This document shows positions 26,649 to 38,228 of a DNA stretch of 64,000 bases, one piece after another. This DNA is from Patellaria atrata CBS 101060 (lineage: Eukaryota). The translations under genes were made by a program, and so were the position numbers. The notes beneath the pieces were generated by a model, which worked only from the letters and a program-made list of their open reading frames with translations, was not told the origin of the DNA and did no database searches. The first letter of the stretch is position 1. Every line of letters starts with the position of its first letter. The stretch covers positions 682,001 to 746,000 of the forward strand of contig MU006095.1 in the NCBI GenBank assembly GCA_010093705.1, written 5' to 3'.

Positions 26649-28083
26649 CTTGACAGAATAGAAGTCTATGATCTGTTCTAGCGACGGTGGAGGTTGCTGA
26701 GAAAAAAAGGACGGGTGCTCTCAGTTGTATTTGAATTCCCAGCTCATCATCCTGATTGAAGTCTTCTGTAAGTTGAAAACTTGCCGACGTTCAAGATACA
26801 AGGAATTGAAATGTTTTGTCCATCCTTTTATCTAAATGTTCGCGCACGACCAATGACATTCAAATCTTAAAGTTTCCCCGCATTTCCTTATATACCCTAG
26901 AAATCCTCGTGGAGTCTATATGGGCACGATGGGATAGAGATACCCTTGTTAAGATCTTGCCACACTAGCGCCATGGATTAGTATATTAGGGGAATATTAA
27001 CCGTCCTGTCCATTCCTGGAGCTTTGTAGAATTAGAAATCCGGGCACTCTTAATTGGAAACAACCCTGGCGGCACATGGATAACAAAATTGTAAAGTGCC
27101 GAAACACAACAGTGTAACGCCGTAGAAGGATAGATAGAATTTAGAGAGAAATATCAAGATATCCAATCAGACTTATGACTGGTCATGTGATCGAGCGTTT
27201 ACCTACCTTGTTTCAAGTCGATGAAGGGATCTTTGGGACCTCTCTCGGCTTTTGTGGAAGGGCCGTACTCGTACTACTTTCGATATACAGGGGTACATCA
27301 TCAACCTTGATGTGAGAGCGGCCGTAGTGTCAAATATGTATCGGTAGCATAAAAATCTCGCTGTTCTTAATGAAGACAAGCAGCTAGCCCACTAAAGGAC
27401 TCGCTCCGGCATTGGTGAGTCCTGAAAACCATCGACTGGTCTGCATGTCATCTGTACGACGGTGGTCCTAGGGATTCAAGAGAGAAATTTGGGTTCATGC
27501 GTCCTTCAAACACTGTTCGTGTAGAGAAAGGAATCTGTTTCGTATTGCTAATGTAGTGAGGTGGGACTCTGTATGACCACGTACTTGTAACAAGGTTTAT
27601 AGTTCTAACCGTCTCTCTACTAGCCTCGCCAAGTAACTTATTCCAACGTTTCTCTTATGATACCACAAAAGGTAAATATGAGAGTACACTCTTGTCTACG
27701 AACTCTTTTGGTATACCCTGCTTTCCGCTGCATGAGGACATGACTACTCCGTCCGCAGCTGGACTGTACAGATGATATCTCTCCCTTCCTTTTTTACTTC
27801 CATGGCGCATCCTGGATCTTTGAAATAAGCAGCTTGTTCTAGACGAGAACTACAAACTCTATGATCTAGCAGCAATTGAATCAAGCTACGGAGAACAAGC
27901 CCGCTAAGATACAATAGCCAAGTTGCTCAAGAGTTTCCACAATCAACTCGAAGCGAAACGTCGGTGACTATAAGATTTCTAGTGATGCAACTTTATCGAC
28001 AAATTAAAGCTGGTACGCCACGTGGGCACTCGTTCTTCGATTCCATATCTAATTTCATATCCATATCCCTCGCGGATGCGAAA

Positions 28084-28800
28084 TCATGAAGCAATCTCTG
28101 TTAACAAATCAAAGCCCCTTTTGGATACTGGGCCAATGTAGAACCACAGTATCTTGGGATTGGTGGACGGGGTATGAGTTGGAGCAGAAGAATTCTCGAG
28201 GAAGTTTTCCATTGCCACGAGTAATATATTGAAAGATCCCGAGATACGGTGTCTCGAGTATAAAGTTGACAAAACAGAGACTCCCCCAGACCTAGTACAT
28301 CCGATATATCCTATGGTTGCGGCCTTGAATTGATTGAAGTCGATAGCGGTGACGTGTGGCAAACCCCAGTTTTTCGGCTACCATGTCTATCAACGGTACA
28401 TCGGCTTACCGGCTAGAAGTGGTTCTTTACCATGTATTTGTGTTGATTATCGCCACGGGGAATAGGATATCTAGGCGACATCAATTTTATCGTGGAAAGG
28501 ATCTGCACAGCTAGTTCTATGAACAACCCTACGAAATTGTCAAGCATGCCCGATGAACTGCGGAGTAGCCTTATCCTCTCGAAAAGGCAGCAACCCATGC
28601 ATGGAGCAACCGAAATTCCTTTTCCTTGGGGTGTCCTTCACCTAATCTGGAAGCTAAAAAAGTCATCAAGACAGTTGTAAGGATATCGGTTGGGTAGTGC
28701 TTTGGGTTATTGCTGAATAAACCTCCGGACATAGTCTATGTCGCAAATTCTTCCAGGAGTTCCATACACCCCTTCTCTCTAGAACATTCATGGTCGATCA
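28084..28800 (-). pseudogene. Possible heavily decayed protein-kinase relic
   Basis: Fragments in shifting frames resemble kinase motifs in the right order (MELLEEFAT*TMSG, IPRGDNQHKYMVK resembling HGD-K--N-LV, VAEKLGFAT resembling AKL-DFG). Many stops. Confidence 0.25.
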
Positions 28801-29454
28801 GCTCTCGCTAGACACATTCTCAAGGTAATAAGCGTTTCTCCCGTTAGGTTCAGGTCATGGCTTACATAACTTTCCCTCTATCCAACTCACTTGTCTCTCA
28901 TGTTGTGACGAAATGTCCTTCCCAAACGTCTGTTGAATACCCTTCATCTCTCTCTGGTCTCGTTTCTCTTGGATCTTGATTCCTCAAAATTTATCTTCAA
29001 AATGTCTATCTCGAAGGTCCTCATTGTATAGAGACGGCATGAAAGCGCTCAGTAAAACTTTTGCTGTTCGTTTACCCTCTCGGAACTAGCGGTCATTTCC
29101 CTTATCGACCACATCATCCACTCATAGATATGTGAATATTGATGTCGCCAAGATATTCTATTTTGGAACGATCTTAGGATGTCCAAGGTACTAGGTATAC
29201 TTTCTCTATAGCCTTTCGGTATTTCTGGAGTGATGAGACACTCCAGAGAGGCTCGAACAATTTCTTAGAGACGAGGTATGGTTTATGTGGTACCAGGACG
29301 AGAAAGTTCTATTTCTCCGCTTCGTTATGACACCGCTGTGTTTCTATCTTTAAACACTTCGGAAATCGATATGTAAACCAAAAGGTTATTTCTTTTTCTA
29401 CTGAAAATGCAAGCTCCACGCATCCTCCTAGTCACTCCCCCAATATCCCATCAC

Positions 29455-32065
29455 TCAATGATACTGCGTCGGACCTTCCACCTTCCCAACCTTCTTTCCC
29501 AGCATCTCTGCCTGCCTTCCCAGCCGTTCCCAGTGTGTCCCCCAAATTTCCTCCCTCGTAAAATCGAGCCTATGTCCGCAACGTCTCCAGAGCACGTCCT
29601 CTCTCTTCACACCGTCCGCACAACAATGACCCCAGCAATCACCGAGGCGCGTGATGATCGACTCGGTGGGATTAGATCGCCGCGTATCGTCGATAATGCG
29701 CAGCATACTGGGGATAGCCACTTCGTGGAAGAGACGCAGTTGCCCGAAGAAGATGCTGTTGAGGAAGATGTAGTCGGGGAAGAGGCGTCGGGGGAGGTAG
29801 TAGATGTCTGACCAGCTACGCGGAGTTAGCACGTCGGACTAAATTACAAGAGTTCTCGGAAACACTCTTAGTTCGCGAAAGAAGAGTTTGGTATACTAAC
29901 CCCACACACCACTCAGTGGTGTTGATAACGTATCCCACGTTTAGATCTTCGAGGATTCGCTCACCGTGCATCGTTATCTCGTGCATACCCCACCAACCAT
30001 GCCACTCTGGATACTGCTTCGGTGTGTTCATGCAGAGATACCTCGGGTTCGGACTATCGGGAAACCATATGCCGTCAAAATCCATGTTCTGGAACCCGAA
30101 CGGGTCGATCCACGCGTCAAAGTGGAAATACAGCATCCCTTCGATTCCGTTATCTGGATCATCAAGAATCAGCTGCATAGTATCAGCCACTGCCTTGGTC
30201 GGCAGGTCCCCGATATTCCACCCGTCATGAGTCATGTTAAGGAAGTAAGCGTCTTCTTCTTCTCCGTTGTTGGGGAGGGTATGTTCATAAAGATGTGGGA
30301 TGCTATAGTGCAGAGAATGGAAGAACGGTTGGTAAGCTTCCATCAGCGGCATCCGCTCTTCGTGGGGGCTATTCCAACGGATGAAGGCGAATGTGTTCTT
30401 AAAGGGCGATTCCTGGTATTTAGGCGTTTTTGGGGTGGAACTGGCGCCGAGAGCCTCGACCTGCTTGAACTTGTTGTCTGGGGATTTACTGCCCCAGAGC
30501 GTCAAGTGGGATATTATCACAAGAGACACTAGGAGATTGGTGAGGAGTCCGATACCGCGAAGACGTCCCTGAAGCTATTAAAATCATTCTGTTCACAGAT
30601 GTTAGGGAGCACCTACCCCAGGAGCGAAAGAAGAGATTGTTCGCATGACTTTCGAAGAACCACCAAGCAAAGTTGAAGTTGCTTGAATTGAGTTCAAACC
30701 TCCCTTTGGAGTCGCTTCCATATACAACCACGTAGCTAAGAATACGACCATGGATCCAGGAATAACGAGGGGGTTGAACCAAACGTGGAAGAGAATAGGC
30801 GACACATAAAGTAAGATGGACGTCGCAATTGCAGTCGCAAGACATTTAACCAGAGCATCAGCGTCTACGTTGAATGGGTTAGTTGGGCTCATTGACATAT
30901 ATTTTCAATCCCGCATGTAGTCACTTACATTTGTATACAGCCGTAATAGCAAGACCAAAGAAGACATTACTGATGATTACAATGATTGCTCCCCAGTTAT
31001 GGTATCCTACGAAAAATCCAGGCTCTTCTGGGTTGACTATCCGAAGCGTGAAATGGATTACACTATTAATAGTAACACCGCACGCATACAAAACCATGTT
31101 ATCGGAATGTAAAGAAGCATCTTGACTCTTGATCAGACTCTGATTATACACGCTAGAAGTCGCGCTCAGAAAAGTCTTGAAAATAAGAATTAGGTATGTA
31201 GACGCAGCATATGGAGCGCCAACACCAGGACGGTATTGGGTCACGACCACACCGGCGATCTTATTGACGTCCATTTCAGTATATGGACTCGGAAAAGGAA
31301 GGGTGGAATAACGTACCTGTAAGAAAATAGCTACCCACTGAGTCTTTACTATTCGGGTTCCTACACCGTAATACAATACTAGAGCGGTGATCAAGGTGAT
31401 TCCAGACTTAATCAACTGTATCGTTCCTGGGTCCGCCAGTCGATACAAGACGAATACCTATGGCTTGTTAAAATATCATCGGAAGTGGGAGGAATTCTGC
31501 CATACGCAATTGTTGATCAGCGCATAAAGCAAAGCAAGCTGTGCAAAGCCGTACTTGGTCTTTATCGGAACTTCATGTATGCAATAGCCGAGAAAATCTC
31601 GGATCGTGAAGTCGGATTTTGAATCCCCGGCTAGTACATATGCCGCAGGTCGCTCATCGGTTACTTCGCTTGTGAAACTCGACGATTCGCTCAACTCCGC
31701 TGGAGGGTCGATTAACACTTGCTTCTCATCAAGGGAGTCTCGCTCTGGCTGAGGTATTGAGCGATACTCGGTAACTGGCAGCGGATTCCTCCTTTTACAT
31801 TCGCCGTAAAAGAAACAAGTCGAGAGAACAAGCTTGAAGAACTCAGATATTGCTACTGATGCGGAAACTGAAAAGCTATATCTGCAATGTTGTGAGATAC
31901 TATTAGAAAAAATAATTAGGCTGTTACTTACTGCCCCTGGTGCTGAGCCGCTTTATAACAGATCCCGATGCCGACTTGAATAGCGATTAAGGCTATTGCT
32001 GCAACATAGGCTGGGTTTAGTTTCCCTCGAATTGATGTTAGAGTATAAGAAAGGGAAACCGACAT
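29455..32065 (-). CDS. Nucleotide-sugar transporter (SLC35A/UDP-Gal transporter-like) fused to a C-terminal DUF288/STELLO-like putative glycosyltransferase domain (~750 aa, 7 exons)
   Basis: Start MSVSLSYT at 32065. Transporter motifs: ISEFFKLVLS, LALLYALINN, DPGTIQLIKS, QWVAIFLQ, GLAITAVYK.ADALVK. A 42-nt intron (30575-30616) joins in frame to one more TM and a soluble domain (FAFIRWNS, YFHFDAWIDP, GWSDIYYLPRRLFPDY...FHEVAIPSM). Confidence 0.8.
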
Positions 32066-32311
32066 TGTGTAGTATCTGCGCCTCCACTCTCGCTAGCAAG
32101 TACGTGACTAGGTGTTCATATGTTTCGAAAAGATCTAAGAAATCTCAAATCAACACCCTTGCTTTTGTCCGCAGGTGAGGAATGCTCAATATCGCGTTGC
32201 GGTTCGCGTCTAATGTCTAGTGAAATGATGTCAGGGAGCTTATCGGATCGCATTCTTCATCGCGTTACACGAAAGGTACAGAATTCTAGAACTACAAAGC
32301 ATGAACTACGA

Positions 32312-34728
32312 TTAAGAATGATCACCATAATTGTAAGCAGCTTTCCAAGCCGCTATAGATCCCCAATCCTTATACTGGGAAACTCTAACCCCAAAGAAGG
32401 GGTGGGATTCGCAAGTGAGTTCCCAAAGGATATCAACGACTCGAAGCTCGTTGTTGCGAGGTCTGCTATCCTTGCGTTCACAAGAGAAATCTCTAGAGCG
32501 TAATAAACGACGGAGTTTCGAAGCAGCAGAACTAAAATCTGACGCTTCGAGAAAACTCCAACCGCCACAACAGAAGTCCGATGATAAAAAAGACCCATAG
32601 GCGATATTTGAGACCAAATTATCGTAGCTAAATGACACGTAGCTTTTCCTCATTGCGTCTACTAGGTCTGGCCGTAAAGCACTTTTAGATAGTTCGTTCG
32701 AAGTATCGTCCTTGACGATTCGGGATACAGTAATATAGTTACCACCGGAGACTACATGGGCAAAGTCATTATCCGCATCCTTGATAAAGATAGGACCTTG
32801 AATATCTTTGGTTGTGATAGCATCAGTGATAGTCTCAACAACATCAACCGTTTGTTCTTCAGCGTAATAGAACTCGAGAAGACCGCATTTTCGAGGGCCA
32901 AGTAGATCAAAGAGCGATTCGAAACTCCCATCATCCACACAATGCTCTTCAATCGTCGATCGTAATACTATAACCACTATGCGGGAGACGTTTCTGACAT
33001 CAAGATTACTGATACAGTCGACAATCAGGGGTCGCCCATTAGACTAAAAGGATTGGTCAACTTGAGGAGCAATTAAGTCGGATAAGTGAACTTACATTGG
33101 TGGTTAAGAGCTTCACTGCTCCATCAGGATACACCTCATCCATGTCTGGTCCTAGGGCAGGCAAAATGACCGTAATTCCTGACCCTGTCTCATGATAAGG
33201 TCTATCCAGATCTACCGGTGACTCTAAAATGGTCGGAGCAGTCTGGAATCTCATAGGCCACATACTTTTGACAACCCTTTGAAGACCGGCCATGAGACAT
33301 CTCTTTTCTTCTATCGTAGTCATATACGGCAAAATTCGTGCAACGCAAAAGAATTCAAAAAGAGGAAGGACATCCCAGAATGAATATTTTTGGTAGGCAA
33401 TGATAATCTTCTCATGAAAGAGAGCGAGAAAGGTGACACCTCTAGCAAGCTGATCGGGGGAAATCTGCGCGACAGTGAAGAACCAGTGATGACGAACATC
33501 TTGCAACAATTTTGCGATGTCTTGCAACGGTGATTCCTAATAATCATCGTTAGCCTCGTGAGCTTGCATTGTGATATGTGCTCATGTCTTACGACGAAGC
33601 AATCAAGGAAATCTAGTACACAAAATTCTCGATTATCCGTATCTGCAAGGATATTCAGCAAGGTTAGGTCGCCGTGACAAGTACCCAGTGGTACCTCTGC
33701 ATCCGACAAACAGTTCGTGTAATAACCTAGGACGAATTCAAATTGAAGGTCAATGATCTCAATGTCAAAATCAGTGAGCAGTTCGGATGAATGAAGAGCC
33801 ATTCGGATATTCCGGGCCTTTGCGTTGAACTGCGGCATGATTGTGTGTAGAGGAACGTTTTTAGTCTTGGTGAGCATGTTATCAACAAGTCCAATGGCGG
33901 TGTCAATGAACCAATCCCATGTTGACTTATCCTTCTCTAGAAGAACGGTTGTCGTATCGTGGAATGGAATATACTCCATATCAACGACTAATGTATCTTG
34001 TTCCTCAGGGATGTGTGGGGACCGAATCCCATATATTTCAGGCGTGCTAATAACAGACTGAAGGTGATCAGTACGACACCAAGCAGAAAACTCGATTTGC
34101 TTCACAATCTGCTTTAGCAGTCTGTTACCATCTTGTTTTGCGCCGCTGAATGCTTGTTTTCTTACTGCCCACATGCTCGAGGTTAGCCGTCGAATAGTGG
34201 CTTTGTTGACGTATGATTCAGCTGATTCTAGTAGAGAAAAGTACGATGGTCTGCGTTGCGGCCATCCTTCGCGTGTCGGCAACATAGGCCTGCGTAATGC
34301 TTTTTGAGCTTGAGATGCTCTTGAGCCGATTATGCCGAGGGAGATTTCAGACGGGTTCGGGGACGGTGAGCGCGCATGTGCTAAGACGGTCTGCATATTC
34401 TCAGACCCCCATACTGTAGCCAAATCGATCAGTAGAAGAAATGAGATATGTGCTAGAGCTTACGTTTATCCTTTGCGGAAAGATATACAAGATCTAGATC
34501 CGTCTCACATTCGGCAATGCTAATGATCTTGACTTCACAATCAGACCTACTCACCCCCTTTAAGGTAGGGACGTGCGATTCTGCTTCCTTCTGTCCAATG
34601 CTACCATTTCGAAAATGGGCGGGTTTGGATATTTTTGTAGCCCCATTTGCGTTGAATGACTGAGTATCCAAGTGTTGAGAAAATGAATCAGAGATTGTAA
34701 CACTAGGATGTATTTCGTGTCCAGGCAT
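32312..34728 (-). CDS. APH/choline-kinase-fold phosphotransferase fused to a degenerate nucleotidyltransferase-like domain (752 aa, 4 exons)
   Basis: Introns 34414-34463, 33537-33592 and 33044-33095 give one continuous ORF. Kinase motifs: AVRK, RLLKQIVKQ, DMEYIP, CHGDLTLLNIL, VLDFLDCFV|ESPLQDIAKLLQD. C-terminal domain: ILPALG..., GPIFIKDADNDF, KSYV, FCCGGWSF, YKDWGS. Confidence 0.85.
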
Positions 34729-34981
34729 TATGACTGAACAACAACAGATTGAAAAACATATGATGAGTGTTGACTGATAAAGTGTATACTCATTTATCAT
34801 TCCCCCAAATAGTCGCGAGGTTGGTACGCTGCGCGTCTAAGGTATGTAAATACCTGTTGTGTAACATCCTTCCTACATGTAGTACCTGCGCGTGGAGTTC
34901 TCAAAATTTTTAAAAAGGGATAAAAGGAAATTTTGGAGAAGGCCAAACTCCGCTAATCATTCTACCTCTTTCTCAGACATC
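34729..34981. promoter_or_regulatory. Putative bidirectional promoter (253 bp) shared by the two divergent cluster genes
   Basis: Head-to-head ATGs at 34728 (-) and 34982 (+). CTGCGCGT occurs at 34829-34836 and 34886-34893. Confidence 0.55.
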
Positions 34982-36823
34982 ATGGGAGGAATCACTCAAC
35001 ACGCAACCGAAGGTATCCACCATGCCCATTTCCAGACCAGTGGAGGGAAAGGCATCATTGACTTCCTCCGTACCTGTTCAAAGTTCGAGCTCAGTTGGTT
35101 CATAGAGCAGACACTTGCGCATTTCCCTCGTGGTCGCGTTCTGAAGTACCCAGATTTGAAGGTTGACCTTGACAAGATCCGTATCGATGTGGACCAAAGG
35201 ATCTTACACTGGGAGCCAGAATCAGAGGATGAGATTTCGAACAATATCATTGAAAATTTCATTTCATCTCTCTTCAAAGCTCTCGTGAATGGGCAGGTTA
35301 CGGCTGAGAGACCCCGACGCGTACGTGAGAGTATCGCGGCAATAGTGGTGTTACAGAAGATTATCTGGAAGTTTGATGGTCTTGTCGCAAAGTGCGACGA
35401 AGAAGTGTTTTGGAATGATACAGTTTCTCGAGAAGATAGATCTAATGGTCATTACCGATATCGGGTAGAAAAGTTACTTAGGCCTACTATTTCAAAGGAA
35501 GCAACTAGCACGCTCGGATATCTCCTCAAATCTATGAATGAAAAGATTGATGGAAAGGCGCTGGAGGATGTTCCTCGAGGTCCCGTCCCAGATAGCACGG
35601 CACCTGTACCGGCCCCTACGAGGGATGCTGATGGTTCGTTCTCACATTCTCCCAACGCTCAGGTCGTGACACGGCCACCGTTGGTCGAAGGCACTCCTAG
35701 AGATGGAACATCAACGTTGATTCTACCGTGCGCTGGCCGTAGCTCTCGTTTTCCGGGAACCAGACCGAAATGGATTCTAACTCAGCCCAACGGCCGGCTC
35801 ATGGTGGTTGACTCTATAGCCGCCTTAGAACTGCAAAAGGTTCACCGAGTTGTTTTGGGAGTCCTCAAAGAACACGTTGATAAGCATTGCGGGTCGGATG
35901 TTGATGCCATAATTCGAGGTTTTGACGACGGTCCTCCTCGACTTCGAGAAATCGAAATATCTGTTGTTATTTTAGATTTTGAAACCCGCGATCATGTGCA
36001 GACGGTCGAATGCATCGTCCGAGCGGCTAATGTGCAAGGGCCTATCTTCATGAAAGATTGCGATAATAGCTTTCGATGTGATATTCCCGGTCGGGATGGT
36101 GTTGCTTTGTTTGAGGTGAGAAAAGACCTTGAATCTGTTTCCAATCCTGCTGCCAAGAGCTACGCTACGTTCGACAATGCAGGCATCATCACCAACATCG
36201 TCGAGAAGGTGATGCTTGGCTCGCACTTCTGTTGTGGCGGCTACTCATTCGGCGATGCTATCGATTTTCTATCCTACACTGAACTTGCGCGGAAATACCA
36301 AAAGAGCACTCGCACCGATGACCTCGATCTTTCCGTTTCCGATGTTATCTGGCTGAAAATGGTCTCTCCTTTCTCGCCCAGGACCCCTTCCAAAGGGTTT
36401 ATGGCCATTCCCGTCTTTGACTACGAGGACTGGGGCACACTGGTGGCCTGGCAAGCCTACACAAGGACTTTCAGCACCCTCTTCGTCGATATTGATGGTA
36501 CTCTCGTCAAGAACAGTGGGAAGAACTTCAAACCTTCCTACGGTGACATGCCGGCGCTTGAAAAGAATGTTATGGCTCTTCAGAAGCTGTATGCTAAAGG
36601 CCGTACGCATATCATTCTTACGACAACACGGCCTGAGGAATACCGCGACGTTACTATCAAACAGATGAAAGATTGCGGCGTCCCGTATCATGGTATCGTA
36701 TTTAGTCTTCTCCATGCAAGGAGGGTTGTCATCAATGATTATGCAGTCACTAATCCTTACCCGTGTGCCGTAGCTATAAATCTCCAGAGAAATGGGGAGG
36801 AACTAGCGCAACTCCTAGTATGA
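34982..36823 (+). CDS. Kinase remnant, sugar-phosphate nucleotidyltransferase (GT-A fold) and HAD (EcbF/BcbF-like) phosphatase fusion; intronless
   Basis: NTP-transferase signature ILPCAGRSSRFPGTRPKWIL, then GPIFMKDCDN, NIVEK, FCCGGYSF and YEDWGT. C-terminal HAD motif I LFVDIDGTLV, motif II LTTTR and RRVVINDYA. Confidence 0.88.
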   Translation: MGGITQHATEGIHHAHFQTSGGKGIIDFLRTCSKFELSWFIEQTLAHFPRGRVLKYPDLKVDLDKIRIDVDQRILHWEPESEDEISNNIIENFISSLFKALVNGQVTAERPRRVRESIAAIVVLQKIIWKFDGLVAKCDEEVFWNDTVSREDRSNGHYRYRVEKLLRPTISKEATSTLGYLLKSMNEKIDGKALEDVPRGPVPDSTAPVPAPTRDADGSFSHSPNAQVVTRPPLVEGTPRDGTSTLILPCAGRSSRFPGTRPKWILTQPNGRLMVVDSIAALELQKVHRVVLGVLKEHVDKHCGSDVDAIIRGFDDGPPRLREIEISVVILDFETRDHVQTVECIVRAANVQGPIFMKDCDNSFRCDIPGRDGVALFEVRKDLESVSNPAAKSYATFDNAGIITNIVEKVMLGSHFCCGGYSFGDAIDFLSYTELARKYQKSTRTDDLDLSVSDVIWLKMVSPFSPRTPSKGFMAIPVFDYEDWGTLVAWQAYTRTFSTLFVDIDGTLVKNSGKNFKPSYGDMPALEKNVMALQKLYAKGRTHIILTTTRPEEYRDVTIKQMKDCGVPYHGIVFSLLHARRVVINDYAVTNPYPCAVAINLQRNGEELAQLLV

Positions 36824-37151
36824 GGTATGGGGGATGCGTCTGGACGGCTAGGCGACAGGATTAGGACGGTATTACTCTCATCTCATCTATGTTTACTAGA
36901 CATTCTACCCTGAATATACATATACCTACTACGCTCTTTGTCACATTAACACATCAATCATTATAAATCGAAGACATAATAGCAAGTTGAGTATATTGTT
37001 ATCACCACCCTGATCTACTAATTCCTCTAAGAATTCATTAACACTAGCTTTATAACAATGTAACAATAGATAGCACTATAACCACCCATCCAACGTTGTT
37101 TCAACCAATCTCGATCATCTCAACCCCTAAGATCCACCACATACATCCCTC

Positions 37152-38228
37152 TCACTTCGTCTTCCCACCAGAAAATAACCTCGACCACTTCGGCAAGCTC
37201 ACCACCGCATTCCCTTCCATATCCTCAAGCAGTGTAACCCTTTCCCTCTTCCTCACAAAGTGCCTCCTCTCCGAATCCACATACATCTGTCCAGGTCTCA
37301 ATCCTCCTCTCACGGCTCCCGAGTGCTTCGTGGAAGTACACATGATTGTGTACATCACCCTGATAGCTCCTACGCCTTAAGGGTGTAGGACCAGGGTCTC
37401 CGTTACTGGCGTCTCCGTGGGGAGGTGTGCGAGCAAAGGCTCCCTGCGATGGAGGATAGGGACGCCGTTCGCGCTCGCGGGGAGAGTAGCGCGGGGCGGG
37501 GAATTGGGGTATCGCTGTCTCCTGGAACGATGAGCCGCTGGACTGCCATTATGCATACCGAAACGATCGGAACGTCTACGACGATGACGCCGCCTGCCAC
37601 CCTGGTTCTGGTTCTGAGTATTCGTCTGGTTTATCACTACATTTACCGGGGGAACCACTGCCGACATCTCACTCTGTGGAACAGGGGGGTTGGGAGGCAT
37701 TGCGGTCCCTGTGTGATGAGTGAAGCTACCCCTTTCGGTCCGAGCAGAGGGGGGGAGGTCGTGAAAAGCTCAAGGAGCCTCACTCTGGGTACGAGATTTA
37801 GAATTATGTCCGTAAGCTCCTGTATATGGGATAGGACCTACCTGTGATTGCCGTTCTGGCCATCTCTCCGCAAGATGAAGTTGACGAGGCGGTGGCACAA
37901 GGCTATGTCTACCATCCGGTTCCTGCGGCGGAGCGTGAGCGAATCCCTGTGCCACAGGCGGTGGCATTCCATTCCCGAGCTGGGGAGGTGGAGCGAAGTC
38001 GGGAGGGAAGTATCCCGAGCTTGAGGACTGTGGATCAGCGTTCGTGTCATGATGTTGCTGTGAGGTACAAGGAGTCTGTGGAACTTGCTGACCCCAAGGG
38101 CTGTAGACCTCCTGCATCTGGTTGGCTGAAAAGGTCACCGGAGCACGTTGTCGTAGAACCTGTCCTACGTTCGGTTGACGGTCTTCAGGATGGTCTCGCC
38201 GACGAGAGTCTCGTGGACGGCGATGCAT
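37152..38228 (-). CDS. Hypothetical Pro/Arg/Gln-rich protein; may carry a premature stop
   Basis: Exon 38228-37784 and intron 37783-37709 (GTGAGG..CAG) join in frame to MPPNPPVPQ. After TAA at 37377-37379 the same frame stays open to 37152. Confidence 0.5.
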
